From Betaproteobacteria bacterium (GTDB taxonomy: Bacteria; Pseudomonadota; Gammaproteobacteria; Burkholderiales; Burkholderiaceae_C), in contig RFMX01000270.1 of NCBI GenBank assembly GCA_009927495.1, positions 1 through 41,682 of the forward strand: a stretch of 41,682 nt of DNA. Direction: 5' to 3'. Made by a program: the position numbers and the translations under genes. This document shows, one piece after another, positions 31,112 through 40,834 of the stretch. Numbering within the stretch: the stretch's first letter is position 1; each line of letters begins with the position of its first letter. Under the pieces are notes generated by a model, which ran no database searches, had not been told where the DNA came from, and saw only the letters and a program-made list of their open reading frames with translations.

Positions 31112-32590
31112 ATGCAACAAGACATCCTTATCAACTGGGCCCCGCATGAAAGTCGCGTCGCGGTAATCGAAAACGGTGCCTTGCAAGAGGTGCACATAGA
31201 GCGGTCTCTTGAGCGTGGTTTGGTGGGAAATGTCTACCTCGGCAAAGTGGTACGGGTACTGCCCGGCATGCAATCTGCATTTATCGACATTGGATTAGAA
31301 CGCTCAGCGTTTTTGCATGTGGCCGACTTGATGAGCAGTGTGAACGCCAAACACGCAGACCCTGAAACTTCGCCTCAGCCTCTTGTGCCCATTGAAAAGC
31401 AGGTATTTGAAGGCCAGTCGATTTTGGTTCAGGTCATGAAAGACCCCATGGGTAACAAAGGCGCTCGCTTATCTGCCCAAATCAGCATTGCGGGCAGGTT
31501 GCTGGTGTTTTTGCCGCAAGATGATCACATCGGTGTTTCCCAAAAAATTCCTGCCGAGCAACGCCAGGTCTTACGCGAGAGACTGGCGACACTGGCCCAC
31601 CAAAGCGAGGCCAAAGGTGGATTTATTCTTCGTACCAACGGGGAAGAGGCCTCAGACCAAGAACTCAGCGAAGACATCGCTTATTTGCGAAAAACTTGGG
31701 AACGCATTCGCACTGCCAGCCTCAACCAAGCTGCCAAGTCTTTGCTGCATCAAGATTTAAACCTGTTGCAACGGGTGCTTCGTGATTTTGTATCGGAAGG
31801 CACGCAAACCATTCGCATCGACTCCCGCGAGCAGTTTGAAATGATGATGGCCTTTGGCAAAGAATTCATGCCCTCATCAGTTGACAAGCTGGTTCACTAC
31901 AAAGGCGAGCGACCTATTTTCGATTTGTTCAGTATCGATGAAGACATTGCTTTGGCCTTGGGGCGCAGAGTCGAGCTGAAATCGGGTGGCTACTTGATCA
32001 TTGACCAAACCGAAGCCATGACCACGGTCGATGTGAATACCGGTGGCTTTGTTGGTGTGAAAAGTTTCGATGAAACCATTTTTAAAACTAATTTAGAAGC
32101 CGCAGGTGCCATTGCCCGTCAATTGCGTTTGCGCAATTTGGGCGGCATGATTGTCATTGACTTCATCGATATGCAAAGACAAGACCACCAGTCAGCCGTG
32201 CTCAATGAGTTCACTAAACAACTTTCCAAAGACCGCGTCAAAACCTCGGTCAGCAGTTTTTCACCCTTGGGTTTGGTCGAGATGACTCGCAAGCGAACCC
32301 GAGAGTCCTTGGCGCATTTGTTGTGTCAACCATGTGCGAGTTGTCAAGGTAGAGGCATTGTCAATACAGCACGCAGCGTGGCTTACAACATATTGCGTGA
32401 AATTTTGCGAGAAGCTCGACAATTCAACCCTAAAGAATTTCGTGTTCTTGCTTCATCAGCAGTGATCGAATTGCTGCAAGAGGAAGAAAGCCACCATTTG
32501 GCTGGACTGAGCGACTTTATTCGCAAACCCATCTCCTTGATGACTGAAGTGGGCATGGGGCCAGAAGACTACAACATTGTGTTGCTATGA
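31112..32590 (+). CDS. rng: Ribonuclease G
   Basis: GNVYLGKV..VLPGMQSAF, DVNTG, RLRNLGG..VIDFIDM, EMTRKR and CxxC motifs; 492 aa with no RNase E tail. Confidence 0.97.
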   Translation: MQQDILINWAPHESRVAVIENGALQEVHIERSLERGLVGNVYLGKVVRVLPGMQSAFIDIGLERSAFLHVADLMSSVNAKHADPETSPQPLVPIEKQVFEGQSILVQVMKDPMGNKGARLSAQISIAGRLLVFLPQDDHIGVSQKIPAEQRQVLRERLATLAHQSEAKGGFILRTNGEEASDQELSEDIAYLRKTWERIRTASLNQAAKSLLHQDLNLLQRVLRDFVSEGTQTIRIDSREQFEMMMAFGKEFMPSSVDKLVHYKGERPIFDLFSIDEDIALALGRRVELKSGGYLIIDQTEAMTTVDVNTGGFVGVKSFDETIFKTNLEAAGAIARQLRLRNLGGMIVIDFIDMQRQDHQSAVLNEFTKQLSKDRVKTSVSSFSPLGLVEMTRKRTRESLAHLLCQPCASCQGRGIVNTARSVAYNILREILREARQFNPKEFRVLASSAVIELLQEEESHHLAGLSDFIRKPISLMTEVGMGPEDYNIVLL

Positions 32591-33324
32591 CATCTGGCCA
32601 CAGCATTCCCATATTGACTTACCACCATACCGAGCAAGCCCCGCCCAAGGGTTTTGCTTTGCGCAGTTTATGGGTGTCGCCATCGTCTTTTGCAACACAA
32701 ATGCAGTGGCTTGCCCGTCTTGGCTACACAGGACTGGGCATGTCAGAACTCATGCCTTATTTGCGCGGTGAAAAAAAAGGCAAGGTGGTGGGCATCACCC
32801 TTGATGATGGTTACCAAAGCAACCTCTTGCATGCGCTTCCTATTTTGAAAAATATGGGTTTCAGCGCTACTTGTTATGTTGTGAGTGGAAAGCTTGGTCA
32901 GCATAACGCGTGGGATGAGGCGCTTGGCATGGCACAAGCTACGTTAATGGGTGTTGAGGAGATGCGCACATGGGTGGACGCGGGTATGGAGGTGGGTTCG
33001 CACACATGTAGCCATGCAGATTTGAACCAGATTTCTTTGGCCGAGGCTAGACAGGAATTGCTTCAAAGTAAAAGTGACTTAGAAAACCTGTTGCAAAAAC
33101 CGGTGACGCAATTTTGCTATCCCTATGGTCATTTCTCGCCTGAGCATGAAAGCTTGGTTTCGCTATCGGGTTATGTGGCTGCCACCACGACCCATCGGGG
33201 CAGGGCCTGTACAACAGACCGAATGACCGCCTTACCCAGGGTTCCAGTGGTTCGTTCTACCTACTCTCCTCAATTTCTTCTCAAGGTCTTGACCCGCTAT
33301 GAAGATAGCAAAAGATCACCGTAG
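32587..33324 (+). CDS. Polysaccharide deacetylase (CE4/NodB family), no signal peptide
   Basis: PILTYH, TLDDGY, SHTCSH and FCYPYG motifs. Confidence 0.92.
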   Translation: MTSGHSIPILTYHHTEQAPPKGFALRSLWVSPSSFATQMQWLARLGYTGLGMSELMPYLRGEKKGKVVGITLDDGYQSNLLHALPILKNMGFSATCYVVSGKLGQHNAWDEALGMAQATLMGVEEMRTWVDAGMEVGSHTCSHADLNQISLAEARQELLQSKSDLENLLQKPVTQFCYPYGHFSPEHESLVSLSGYVAATTTHRGRACTTDRMTALPRVPVVRSTYSPQFLLKVLTRYEDSKRSP

Positions 33325-33330
33325 GTCAAG

Positions 33331-34479
33331 ATGTCCATGGCAAGCGTGCGTTTGAAAATTGCGGTGTTACACCGAACCTTTCGCCGTGAAGCAGGAGGTG
33401 CAGAAGCCTATGCAGTGGCCATTGCTTTAGAGTTGTCCGCGTCACATGATGTACATGTGTTTGCCCAAGAGATGGATAACACCTTGGACGCAGTGACTTA
33501 CCACGCCATCCCTTTGTTTTTCAAACGTCCCCGATGGCTAAATCAGTTGTGGTTTGCCTTATCCACTTGGTGGCTGACTCGGCGCGGTTTTGATATCGTG
33601 CATTCGCATGAAAACACTTGGCATGGACAGGTACAAACTGTTCATGTTGTACCCATGCGTTGCAAACCCACTGAACATTTATCGTTGCTTCAACGCTTAA
33701 ACTTGGGGTTGAAATACTTGACCAGTCCTCGCATCTGGACTTATGCCGCTTTAGAGTTTTTCCGTTTTCAATGGCAGCCAATGCGCTTTTGGGTGGCCGT
33801 TTCAAAGCCTTTGCAAAAGCAGTTGCAAAACAAGCAAGCTGCGTTCGCGCAAGGGCAGGTGCTGAGCATTGCCCCAGGCATTTACCCACACGCTTCCCAT
33901 TTGAACAAGACAGATAAGTCACCTCAGTTTGAAGGCGCTGACAAAACCAAAGTACTTTTATGGGTGGGCAACGATGCTGTCAAAAAGAATCTTGACACGG
34001 TATTGTCGGCCTTGGCGAATCTCGATGCTTCATACCGCTTGTTGGTGGTTGGAAAAGCCCATCCCACCAAGCAGTGGCAAGACAAATTGGTCCGTCTTGG
34101 GATTGCAGGTCGGGTGAGTTACTTGGGCGTGGTCAGCAACATGGAGCAAGTCTATGTTTCAGCAGACCTATTACTTCATCCCACGCTGGAAGATACCTTT
34201 GGCATGGTTGTTCTTGAAGCCATGTCTTACGGACTTCCCGTGGTGGTTAGCCAAGAAAAATATTGTGGTTTAGCTGCCGATTTGCAACACGAAGCCAATG
34301 CCATCATTTTGTACGACCCCTTAGATGCCAATGCACTGACCGCCGCCGTTGTGAACTTATCTGAACCCTCCGTCTATGCCCAGCATCAAGGGGCGGTGCT
34401 TGCATTTGCTGAGCAGCACCTTTGGGCTGATGCGGCAAAGCAGTACGACGATTTGTTTCAACAAGTGGCTGCGCGGTGA
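33331..34479 (+). CDS. Glycosyltransferase family 4 (LPS core type)
   Basis: GGAE, DIVHSHE and EDTFGMVVLEAMSYGLPV motifs. Confidence 0.92.
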   Translation: MSMASVRLKIAVLHRTFRREAGGAEAYAVAIALELSASHDVHVFAQEMDNTLDAVTYHAIPLFFKRPRWLNQLWFALSTWWLTRRGFDIVHSHENTWHGQVQTVHVVPMRCKPTEHLSLLQRLNLGLKYLTSPRIWTYAALEFFRFQWQPMRFWVAVSKPLQKQLQNKQAAFAQGQVLSIAPGIYPHASHLNKTDKSPQFEGADKTKVLLWVGNDAVKKNLDTVLSALANLDASYRLLVVGKAHPTKQWQDKLVRLGIAGRVSYLGVVSNMEQVYVSADLLLHPTLEDTFGMVVLEAMSYGLPVVVSQEKYCGLAADLQHEANAIILYDPLDANALTAAVVNLSEPSVYAQHQGAVLAFAEQHLWADAAKQYDDLFQQVAAR

Positions 34480-35558
34480 ATACAGAACCGCGGTCGATTC
34501 TGATGATCAAGTCCCACAGCCTGGGCGTGGGGGACTTGCTGCGCAGTTCAGCGGCTTGGCGTGTTTTGAAAAACAGATGGCCGAATGTTCAATTGCATTT
34601 AGTTTTTTTAAGTAAACATCCAGGTTATCCAACTGAAGCACTGATACAACAACACCCTTTATTGACAACTGCGCATTTCATCACGGTGCGAGATAAAGAC
34701 CCCTCTCATCCCGATGGGAAACGCGTATCTTTCAGTGCCATCTGGCGTTCGCTGCAAAGTATTTGCCAATCGGTCAAACCCGATATGGTGATTGATTTCG
34801 AACCACACGGCATCAAAACCTCGGCACTCACTTGGTTGGCTGGCAAGTCCCAAGGCGCATCGACTGTAGGCATCGCGCAGTTTCCTTTGCGTTCTTTTTT
34901 CTATGAAAAGTCCTCTCCGAGCTTGCGTGATTTTGCACAAAGTCATGCACTGACTTTGCCCATGGATTACACCAGCCGCGACTTTGTGGTGTTGCAAGCT
35001 CTTGGCTTAGAGCGTTCAGGCACATCGATTGAAATGCAAGTCACAGAGGAGGGCAGGGCGTGGCAAACCCTTCACCAACATCGCTTCCAGAATAACTTGC
35101 CTGTGCTTGGTTTGAATATCGGTTGCGGCACTCCAGACGCCATGGTTAAACGCCCCGATTTGAAACATTTGGCCCAGTGCTTTTCACGTTTATTGGCTAT
35201 ACATCCAGCCAATATGGTGTTGAGTGGCGCACCTTTTGAAAAAGATGTGAACCAGGTATTCATTGCGCTTTTGAAAGAAATACATCCACAAGATCTGCAT
35301 ATCGTTGATGCTGCTGGTGAAACCACCTTGAGCAGTTCAAGTGGTCTGATCGACGCATGTGATGTGTTTGTTTCAACAGACTCTGGCCCCTACCATATGG
35401 CTGTTGCTTTGCGTATACCTACATTGGTGTGGTTCACCTACCCCGAGGTGACCTCGTTTCATAACGAAGCATGGTGTAGTCGCTTAATTCAGCCCAGTAC
35501 AGAGGAGTTCGTATCAACTGTGTCCAAGCTGCTTGGCTACGATAAAACGCCTGATTGA
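34476..35558 (+). CDS. Glycosyltransferase family 9 (heptosyltransferase-like)
   Basis: GVGDLL and DVFVSTDSGPYHMAVALRIPT motifs. GTG start overlapping the GT4 stop. Confidence 0.87.
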   Translation: MNTEPRSILMIKSHSLGVGDLLRSSAAWRVLKNRWPNVQLHLVFLSKHPGYPTEALIQQHPLLTTAHFITVRDKDPSHPDGKRVSFSAIWRSLQSICQSVKPDMVIDFEPHGIKTSALTWLAGKSQGASTVGIAQFPLRSFFYEKSSPSLRDFAQSHALTLPMDYTSRDFVVLQALGLERSGTSIEMQVTEEGRAWQTLHQHRFQNNLPVLGLNIGCGTPDAMVKRPDLKHLAQCFSRLLAIHPANMVLSGAPFEKDVNQVFIALLKEIHPQDLHIVDAAGETTLSSSSGLIDACDVFVSTDSGPYHMAVALRIPTLVWFTYPEVTSFHNEAWCSRLIQPSTEEFVSTVSKLLGYDKTPD

Positions 35559-37279
35559 CTCAGCTTGAACATCGCGGCATAAGCACCTTGCGCTTCAAGC
35601 AACTGTTGGTGCGTACCTTGTTCAACAATACGTCCTTGCTCCATGACAACGATACGGTCCGCATTTTGAATGGTGGTCAGCCGATGGGCAATCACCAGCG
35701 TGGTCCGGTTTTTTTGTAGGCTTTGAAGGGCATCTTGCACTAAACGCTCTGACTCGTTATCCAGTGCCGATGTAGCCTCATCTAAAATAAGCACGGGGGC
35801 ATCTTTGTACAGCGCTCTGGCAATCGCCAATCGTTGTCGCTGCCCACCTGACAAGGTGAACGCATTGTGACCAACCATGGTGTGAATATGTTGGGGCAAG
35901 CCAGCCAGATATTCGCCCAAATGCGCAGCATTCAGACATTCAATCACCCGTTGTTTGTCTGGTGTTTGACCTAAAGCCACATTGGCGGTCAGGGTGTCAT
36001 TCAAAACGACCACGTTTTGGCTTACCAGTGCAAACTGGTGACGTAATGACAGCAAATCCCACGCCTGTAGCGGTGTGCCATCCAAGGATACTTTGCCTTC
36101 AGTGACGTCAACAAAACGAAGTAACACATTGGCGAGTGTGGATTTACCAGAGCCAGAGGATCCTACTAAGGCAACTGTTTCACCTGGTTGGATATTCAAA
36201 TCAATGTGATGCAAAGCCCAAGGCATGTCTGGCTGGTACTTCACAGAAATGTTTTCTAACTCGATATGGCCTCTTGCTCTTACCGATTGGTGACTGCCAC
36301 CAGTTTCCACAGGTGTGTTTTCGATCAGTTCAAAGCCTCGTTCCAGCGCTGCAAGACCTCTTGTAAGAGGGCCGGTGATTTCTGACAGGTGTTTGATCGG
36401 TGCAATCAACATCAACATCGCGGTGACAAAAGCAGCAAACCCCCCCACCGTCATTCCAGTTTGTTGGCTTTGCATCAAAGCTACGCTGATCACACCCGAC
36501 AAGGCGATGGCAGACAAAATCTGGGTCATGGGGGTCATGCCAGAACTGGCGACTGAGGTTTTCATAGCCAAGCGTTGCAGTGTTTTTGCCAAAGTCTCAA
36601 AACGACTGATTTGCATGGATTGGGCTTGGTGAAGCCGTATTTCTCGGTATGCAAGTGAGGTCTCTTCAACCACATAGGCAAGTTCATCGGTGGCGGTTTG
36701 CGTGTCTCGGGTGATTTGGTACAAGCGTTTGCTCAATGCTTTCATCAACCATGCCACCGCAGGAAACAGCAGCGCCACAATCAAACTCAGTTGCCAATTT
36801 AAATACAGAAGGTAGGCCACCAAGGCAAGCAATGTCAGGCTGTCGCGCACCAAGCTCATGAGTGAACTCACCATCAACTGCGCCCCGTTTTGCACCTCAA
36901 AAACCAAGGTGTTTCCCAATGCACTGGCTGTTTGTTGCTTGAACAAAGCCAAATCGGCATTTTGTAATCGCGCAAACATTTTCATTCGCAGTTGGATCAG
37001 GCCGTGGTTGGTGGCTTTGGCCATGGCTACCTGACTGATAAAGACTCCCAAACCGCGTAAACCGAATAACCCAATCAATGCAATGGGTACCTGCCACACA
37101 GGAAAATCATTTTGTGTAAAGCCTTTGTCGAGCAAAGGTTTAAGCAAGGCGGGTATCAATGGCTCTGTGATCGACACCAGTACCACACACACTGCTGTCA
37201 CCACCCATGCGCTGATGGGCTGGGTGAAATGGGCAAATGCACGAGCAAGTCGATGTCGAATACGGGGTTGGGGGGTCAT
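35537..37279 (-). CDS. msbA: Lipid A export ABC transporter MsbA
   Basis: Multi-TM N-terminal domain (LLKPLLDKGF), Walker A GSSGSGKST, LSGGQRQR and ILDEATSALD. Confidence 0.93.
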   Translation of the reverse strand: MTPQPRIRHRLARAFAHFTQPISAWVVTAVCVVLVSITEPLIPALLKPLLDKGFTQNDFPVWQVPIALIGLFGLRGLGVFISQVAMAKATNHGLIQLRMKMFARLQNADLALFKQQTASALGNTLVFEVQNGAQLMVSSLMSLVRDSLTLLALVAYLLYLNWQLSLIVALLFPAVAWLMKALSKRLYQITRDTQTATDELAYVVEETSLAYREIRLHQAQSMQISRFETLAKTLQRLAMKTSVASSGMTPMTQILSAIALSGVISVALMQSQQTGMTVGGFAAFVTAMLMLIAPIKHLSEITGPLTRGLAALERGFELIENTPVETGGSHQSVRARGHIELENISVKYQPDMPWALHHIDLNIQPGETVALVGSSGSGKSTLANVLLRFVDVTEGKVSLDGTPLQAWDLLSLRHQFALVSQNVVVLNDTLTANVALGQTPDKQRVIECLNAAHLGEYLAGLPQHIHTMVGHNAFTLSGGQRQRLAIARALYKDAPVLILDEATSALDNESERLVQDALQSLQKNRTTLVIAHRLTTIQNADRIVVMEQGRIVEQGTHQQLLEAQGAYAAMFKLSQSGVLS

Positions 37280-37343
37280 GTTTTGCTTGGAAACTTTTTC
37301 AGATTATGACGATACTGAAACTTCGCTTGGTTAGAATCGCGTC

Positions 37344-38099
37344 ATGCCTTTGAGTGTCATCATCATTACACGCAATGAAAGCGCCAATATTGTGGCCTGT
37401 CTTGAAAGCGTTGCTTTTGCTGATGAAGTCATTGTGCTGGATGGACAAAGTACCGATGACACCGTTTCTCTCGCACAAAGTGTGGGTGCCAAAGTCTTTA
37501 CTGCCCAGAACTGGGAAGGTTTTGGTCCTCAAAAAAACAAAGCTTTGGGTTATGCCAGCCACGACTGGGTCCTCTCCCTAGATGCTGACGAGCGTGTATC
37601 TGCCGATTTGGCCCGTGAAATTCAGCAGGTGCTATCCCAACCCCAACACACGCTTTATGACATTCCACGTTTGACCAATTTTTGCGGCCAATGGATACAC
37701 CACTGTGGTTGGCGACCCGACCGCGTGGCCAGACTTTTTCAAAAACACACGGCTCGTTTCAGTGATGATGTTGTGCATGAAAAACTCGTCTCTAACGATC
37801 AGCACGCCAAGGGGCAACTTCAGCACTCCCTGCTTCACTACAGTTACCCCTCGGCGCAATCCTATTGGCGCAAATTACAGGTCTACAGCCAAGCGTGGGC
37901 CGACCAAAAATTTGCGCAAGGTCAGACCACCAGCATGTCACGCGCTGTGAGCTCTGGTCTTGTTGCCTTCATCAAGAGCTATATTTTTCGTTTGGGATTT
38001 TTGGATGGCTCCATGGGACTGGCTGTTTGCATTCTGCAAGCACAAGCGGCCTATGGCAAATATTTCACTTTGTATTGTTTGAACCAAGGAAAGCAATGA
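37344..38099 (+). CDS. Glycosyltransferase family 2 (LPS core beta-1,4-glucosyltransferase KdtX/LgtF-like)
   Basis: LSVIIITRNE, STDDT, GFGPQKN, LDADE, VHE and GFLDG motifs. Confidence 0.92.
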   Translation: MPLSVIIITRNESANIVACLESVAFADEVIVLDGQSTDDTVSLAQSVGAKVFTAQNWEGFGPQKNKALGYASHDWVLSLDADERVSADLAREIQQVLSQPQHTLYDIPRLTNFCGQWIHHCGWRPDRVARLFQKHTARFSDDVVHEKLVSNDQHAKGQLQHSLLHYSYPSAQSYWRKLQVYSQAWADQKFAQGQTTSMSRAVSSGLVAFIKSYIFRLGFLDGSMGLAVCILQAQAAYGKYFTLYCLNQGKQ

Positions 38100-39370
38100 C
38101 TTCGTTCTTCTCTTCTCTAGGGATGGCTCTTTTGGCATTTCCATGGGCTATGCCTGCACAAGCGGACTTCAGGGTGGAAATATCTGGCGTAGGCGTGACA
38201 CAAATCCCGATTGCCATGGCCAACTTTCGAGGCGAAGACAACTCACCTCAAAAGATCACCCAAATCGTGGCTGCCGACCTTGAACGCAGCGGTCAGTTTC
38301 GCAGCACACCTGCTGGCATGGTCATTGATGAGGTGAGTCGACCAGACTTTGGCCCCATTCGTCAAAAACCAGCAGACGCTCTTTTAACTGGCAGTATTTC
38401 GCGGATGTCTGATGGTCGCTTCGACATTCGTTTTCGCTTGTGGGATGCAGTCAAGGGCGAAGACATGGGCGGGCAAAGCTATGTGGTTGTTCCGGCAGAT
38501 CTGCGTTTGGTTTCGCACCGCATCGCTGACCAAGTCTATGAAAAATTAACAGGTGATAAAGGTATTTTTTCGACCCGTATCGCCTACATCACCAAGCAAG
38601 GACCCAAACACTTGCTTTGGGTGGCAGATGCTGATGGAGAGAACCCCCAAGCCGCTTTGACCAGCCAAGAACCCATCATTTCGCCCAGTTGGTCACCGAG
38701 CGGCAACGAGTTGGCCTATGTCTCTTTTGAATCGCGAAAGCCTGTGGTCTATGTCCACGATCTCGCATCAGGCAAGCGCAGGGTGCTGGCCAATTTCAAG
38801 GGCTCCAACAGTGCGCCTGCTTGGTCGCCAGACGGCAAATCGCTGGCAATTACTTTGAGCCGCGATGGTGGGTCGCAGTTGTTTTTAATCAATTCAAAGG
38901 GGGGTGAGCCCAAGCGGCTCACTCAGTCCAATGGCATTGATACCGAACCGGTTTTCAGCTCGGATGGGTCCGCCATTTATTTTGTGAGTGACCGTGGTGG
39001 CTCGCCGCAAATTTACCGAACCCCTGCCATGGGTGGGCCGGTGCAAAGGGTGACGTTCACGGGCAGTTACAACATCTCACCCAGCCTGAGTCCTGATGGA
39101 AGATGGTTGGCATTTATCTCCAGAATCGGTGGCGCCTACAAACTGCATGTCATGGATTTGATCAGCGACAAAGTGGTGGCTTTGACAGACACGAATGCAG
39201 ATGAGCGACCAACGTTTGCCCCGAATGGAAAACTAATTATGTATTCCACCCAATCGCAAGGACGCGAAGCGCTAATGACCACAACTTTAGATGGCAAAAT
39301 ACGCGCCAGACTCGCAGGACAAAATTCCAATATGCGAGAGCCTCATTGGGGCCCTTTTCTCAATCCTTAA
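38096..39370 (+). CDS. tolB: Tol-Pal beta-propeller protein TolB
   Basis: Signal peptide, ADLERSG, TRIAY and repeated PD40 units (SPSWSP, APAWSPDG). ATG 38096 overlaps the GT2 stop. Confidence 0.96.
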   Translation: MTSFFSSLGMALLAFPWAMPAQADFRVEISGVGVTQIPIAMANFRGEDNSPQKITQIVAADLERSGQFRSTPAGMVIDEVSRPDFGPIRQKPADALLTGSISRMSDGRFDIRFRLWDAVKGEDMGGQSYVVVPADLRLVSHRIADQVYEKLTGDKGIFSTRIAYITKQGPKHLLWVADADGENPQAALTSQEPIISPSWSPSGNELAYVSFESRKPVVYVHDLASGKRRVLANFKGSNSAPAWSPDGKSLAITLSRDGGSQLFLINSKGGEPKRLTQSNGIDTEPVFSSDGSAIYFVSDRGGSPQIYRTPAMGGPVQRVTFTGSYNISPSLSPDGRWLAFISRIGGAYKLHVMDLISDKVVALTDTNADERPTFAPNGKLIMYSTQSQGREALMTTTLDGKIRARLAGQNSNMREPHWGPFLNP

Positions 39371-39386
39371 TTTATCCGGAGATTTC

Positions 39387-39947
39387 ATGAAAAAATTGCT
39401 TTTGTCATTGGGAGTGATCCTGTTGCTTTCTGCTTGTGCTTCAGGCGTCAAACTCAATGAAGTGCCTGTCGAAGATAAATCTGGCTCCAAAGTTTCCGTC
39501 GCACCTGACCCTGTCATGCCAGCCCCTGTCACTGCCTCATCTGCCAACGAAGCCAAGTCCGCAGTTGTTCCTGTTGACAGCGCTGCCAGCACCAACTTGA
39601 GCGCAGGCCCCTCGGGTAATGTTGCCAAGGTGATCTTCTTTGACTACGACAGCTATGTGGTGAAGTCTGAATTTCAAACCACCATTGAAGCCCATGCACA
39701 ATTTCTCAAAGCTAACCCAAGGGCGAAAGTTTCTTTGGAAGGCCATACCGATGAACGCGGCGGTCGTGAATACAACCTTGCCTTGGGACAAAAGCGTGCT
39801 GATGCAGTTCGCCAAAGCTTGAGCCTGCTGGGTGTTCAAGAGTCTCAAGTGGAGTCTGTGAGCTTTGGCAAGGAAAAGCCCGCTGCACAAGGCTCTGACG
39901 AAAGTGCATTTGCAAAAAATCGACGCGCTGAGTTCTTTTACCGATGA
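39387..39947 (+). CDS. pal: Peptidoglycan-associated lipoprotein Pal
   Basis: Lipobox LSAC; FFDYDS, EGHTDERG, YNLALG.KRA, SFGKEKP and KNRRAE motifs. GGAG RBS. Confidence 0.97.
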   Translation: MKKLLLSLGVILLLSACASGVKLNEVPVEDKSGSKVSVAPDPVMPAPVTASSANEAKSAVVPVDSAASTNLSAGPSGNVAKVIFFDYDSYVVKSEFQTTIEAHAQFLKANPRAKVSLEGHTDERGGREYNLALGQKRADAVRQSLSLLGVQESQVESVSFGKEKPAAQGSDESAFAKNRRAEFFYR

Positions 39948-40834
39948 AATCTTGGCGTCTTGCAGCATTGCTGTGCTTGTGGGCGGTTTGGGTGTCCTCA
40001 GCACAGGCTGCCTTGTTTGAGGATGAAGAGGCCAGGCGAGCCATACTCGACTTGCGTCAACGACTGGAAAATCAGCGGCAATCACAGTTGCAATCTTCCG
40101 AGCAAACACTGCAAAAATCGCTTGAGCAATCTCAAAAACAAAATGAGAGTCTGCGCAAACAAGTTGAAATCGATATCAACCAGTCCAAGCAAGACAACCG
40201 CCAAGCCCTCTTGCAATTGCAAGCCCAAATTGATGCACTCAAGCAAGACATCGCTAATCTCAATGGCGAGCGAGAGCAGTTATTGCGTGAAATCACTCTT
40301 TTGCAACGCGCCCATAAAGAGACTAAGGTCGATCTAGAGGAGCGATTTCAAAAAATGAACAGCCTGTTGGTCAAGCAAGAGACAACAGCATCCAAGGAAG
40401 AGGCGCCTAAGTCCAGCAAGATCAATGTTCAGGTGGATGGCTTCGAATTTTTAGCCGATCCAGAAGAAAAACGCGATTTTGAAGCCGCTTTCGTGCTGTT
40501 TCGAAAAGGTGACTTTTCTGCTGCGGCTAAAGAATTTGCGCAGTTCGTCAAGGTTTATTCAGCTTCAGGTTACAAACCCAGCGCCTTGTATTGGCTGGGC
40601 AGTGCCAGGTTCGCTCGTCGCGATTTCAATGAGGCCATCGCGCAACTCAAAGGACTGGCCAATGACTTTCCTAACCACGCCAGAACGCCCGAGGCGATGT
40701 TAACCATTGGCAATGCGCAATTGGAAATCAAACAACCCAAAGAAGCGCGTAAAACTTTTAACGAACTCTTGAAGTTGTATCCCACCACAGAAGCCGCTGC
40801 AGCAGCCAAGGACAGGTTGGCCCAAATCAAGTGA
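39944..40834 (+). CDS. cpoB: Tol-Pal system protein CpoB (YbgF)
   Basis: Signal peptide, LFEDEEARRAILDLR, coiled coil, TPR motifs (ALYWLG); directly after pal. Confidence 0.92.
   Translation: MKSWRLAALLCLWAVWVSSAQAALFEDEEARRAILDLRQRLENQRQSQLQSSEQTLQKSLEQSQKQNESLRKQVEIDINQSKQDNRQALLQLQAQIDALKQDIANLNGEREQLLREITLLQRAHKETKVDLEERFQKMNSLLVKQETTASKEEAPKSSKINVQVDGFEFLADPEEKRDFEAAFVLFRKGDFSAAAKEFAQFVKVYSASGYKPSALYWLGSARFARRDFNEAIAQLKGLANDFPNHARTPEAMLTIGNAQLEIKQPKEARKTFNELLKLYPTTEAAAAAKDRLAQIK

Noticed and set aside
37865-38095. N-terminal extensions in the ORF track for tolB (also livM, SBP, xseA, clpA, hemF, rsfS, pal, icd)
   Set aside because: Downstream starts fit RBS position, gene overlaps or family N-termini better.
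38670-39240. Repeated sequence units inside tolB
   Set aside because: Normal PD40 beta-propeller repeats, not an array.
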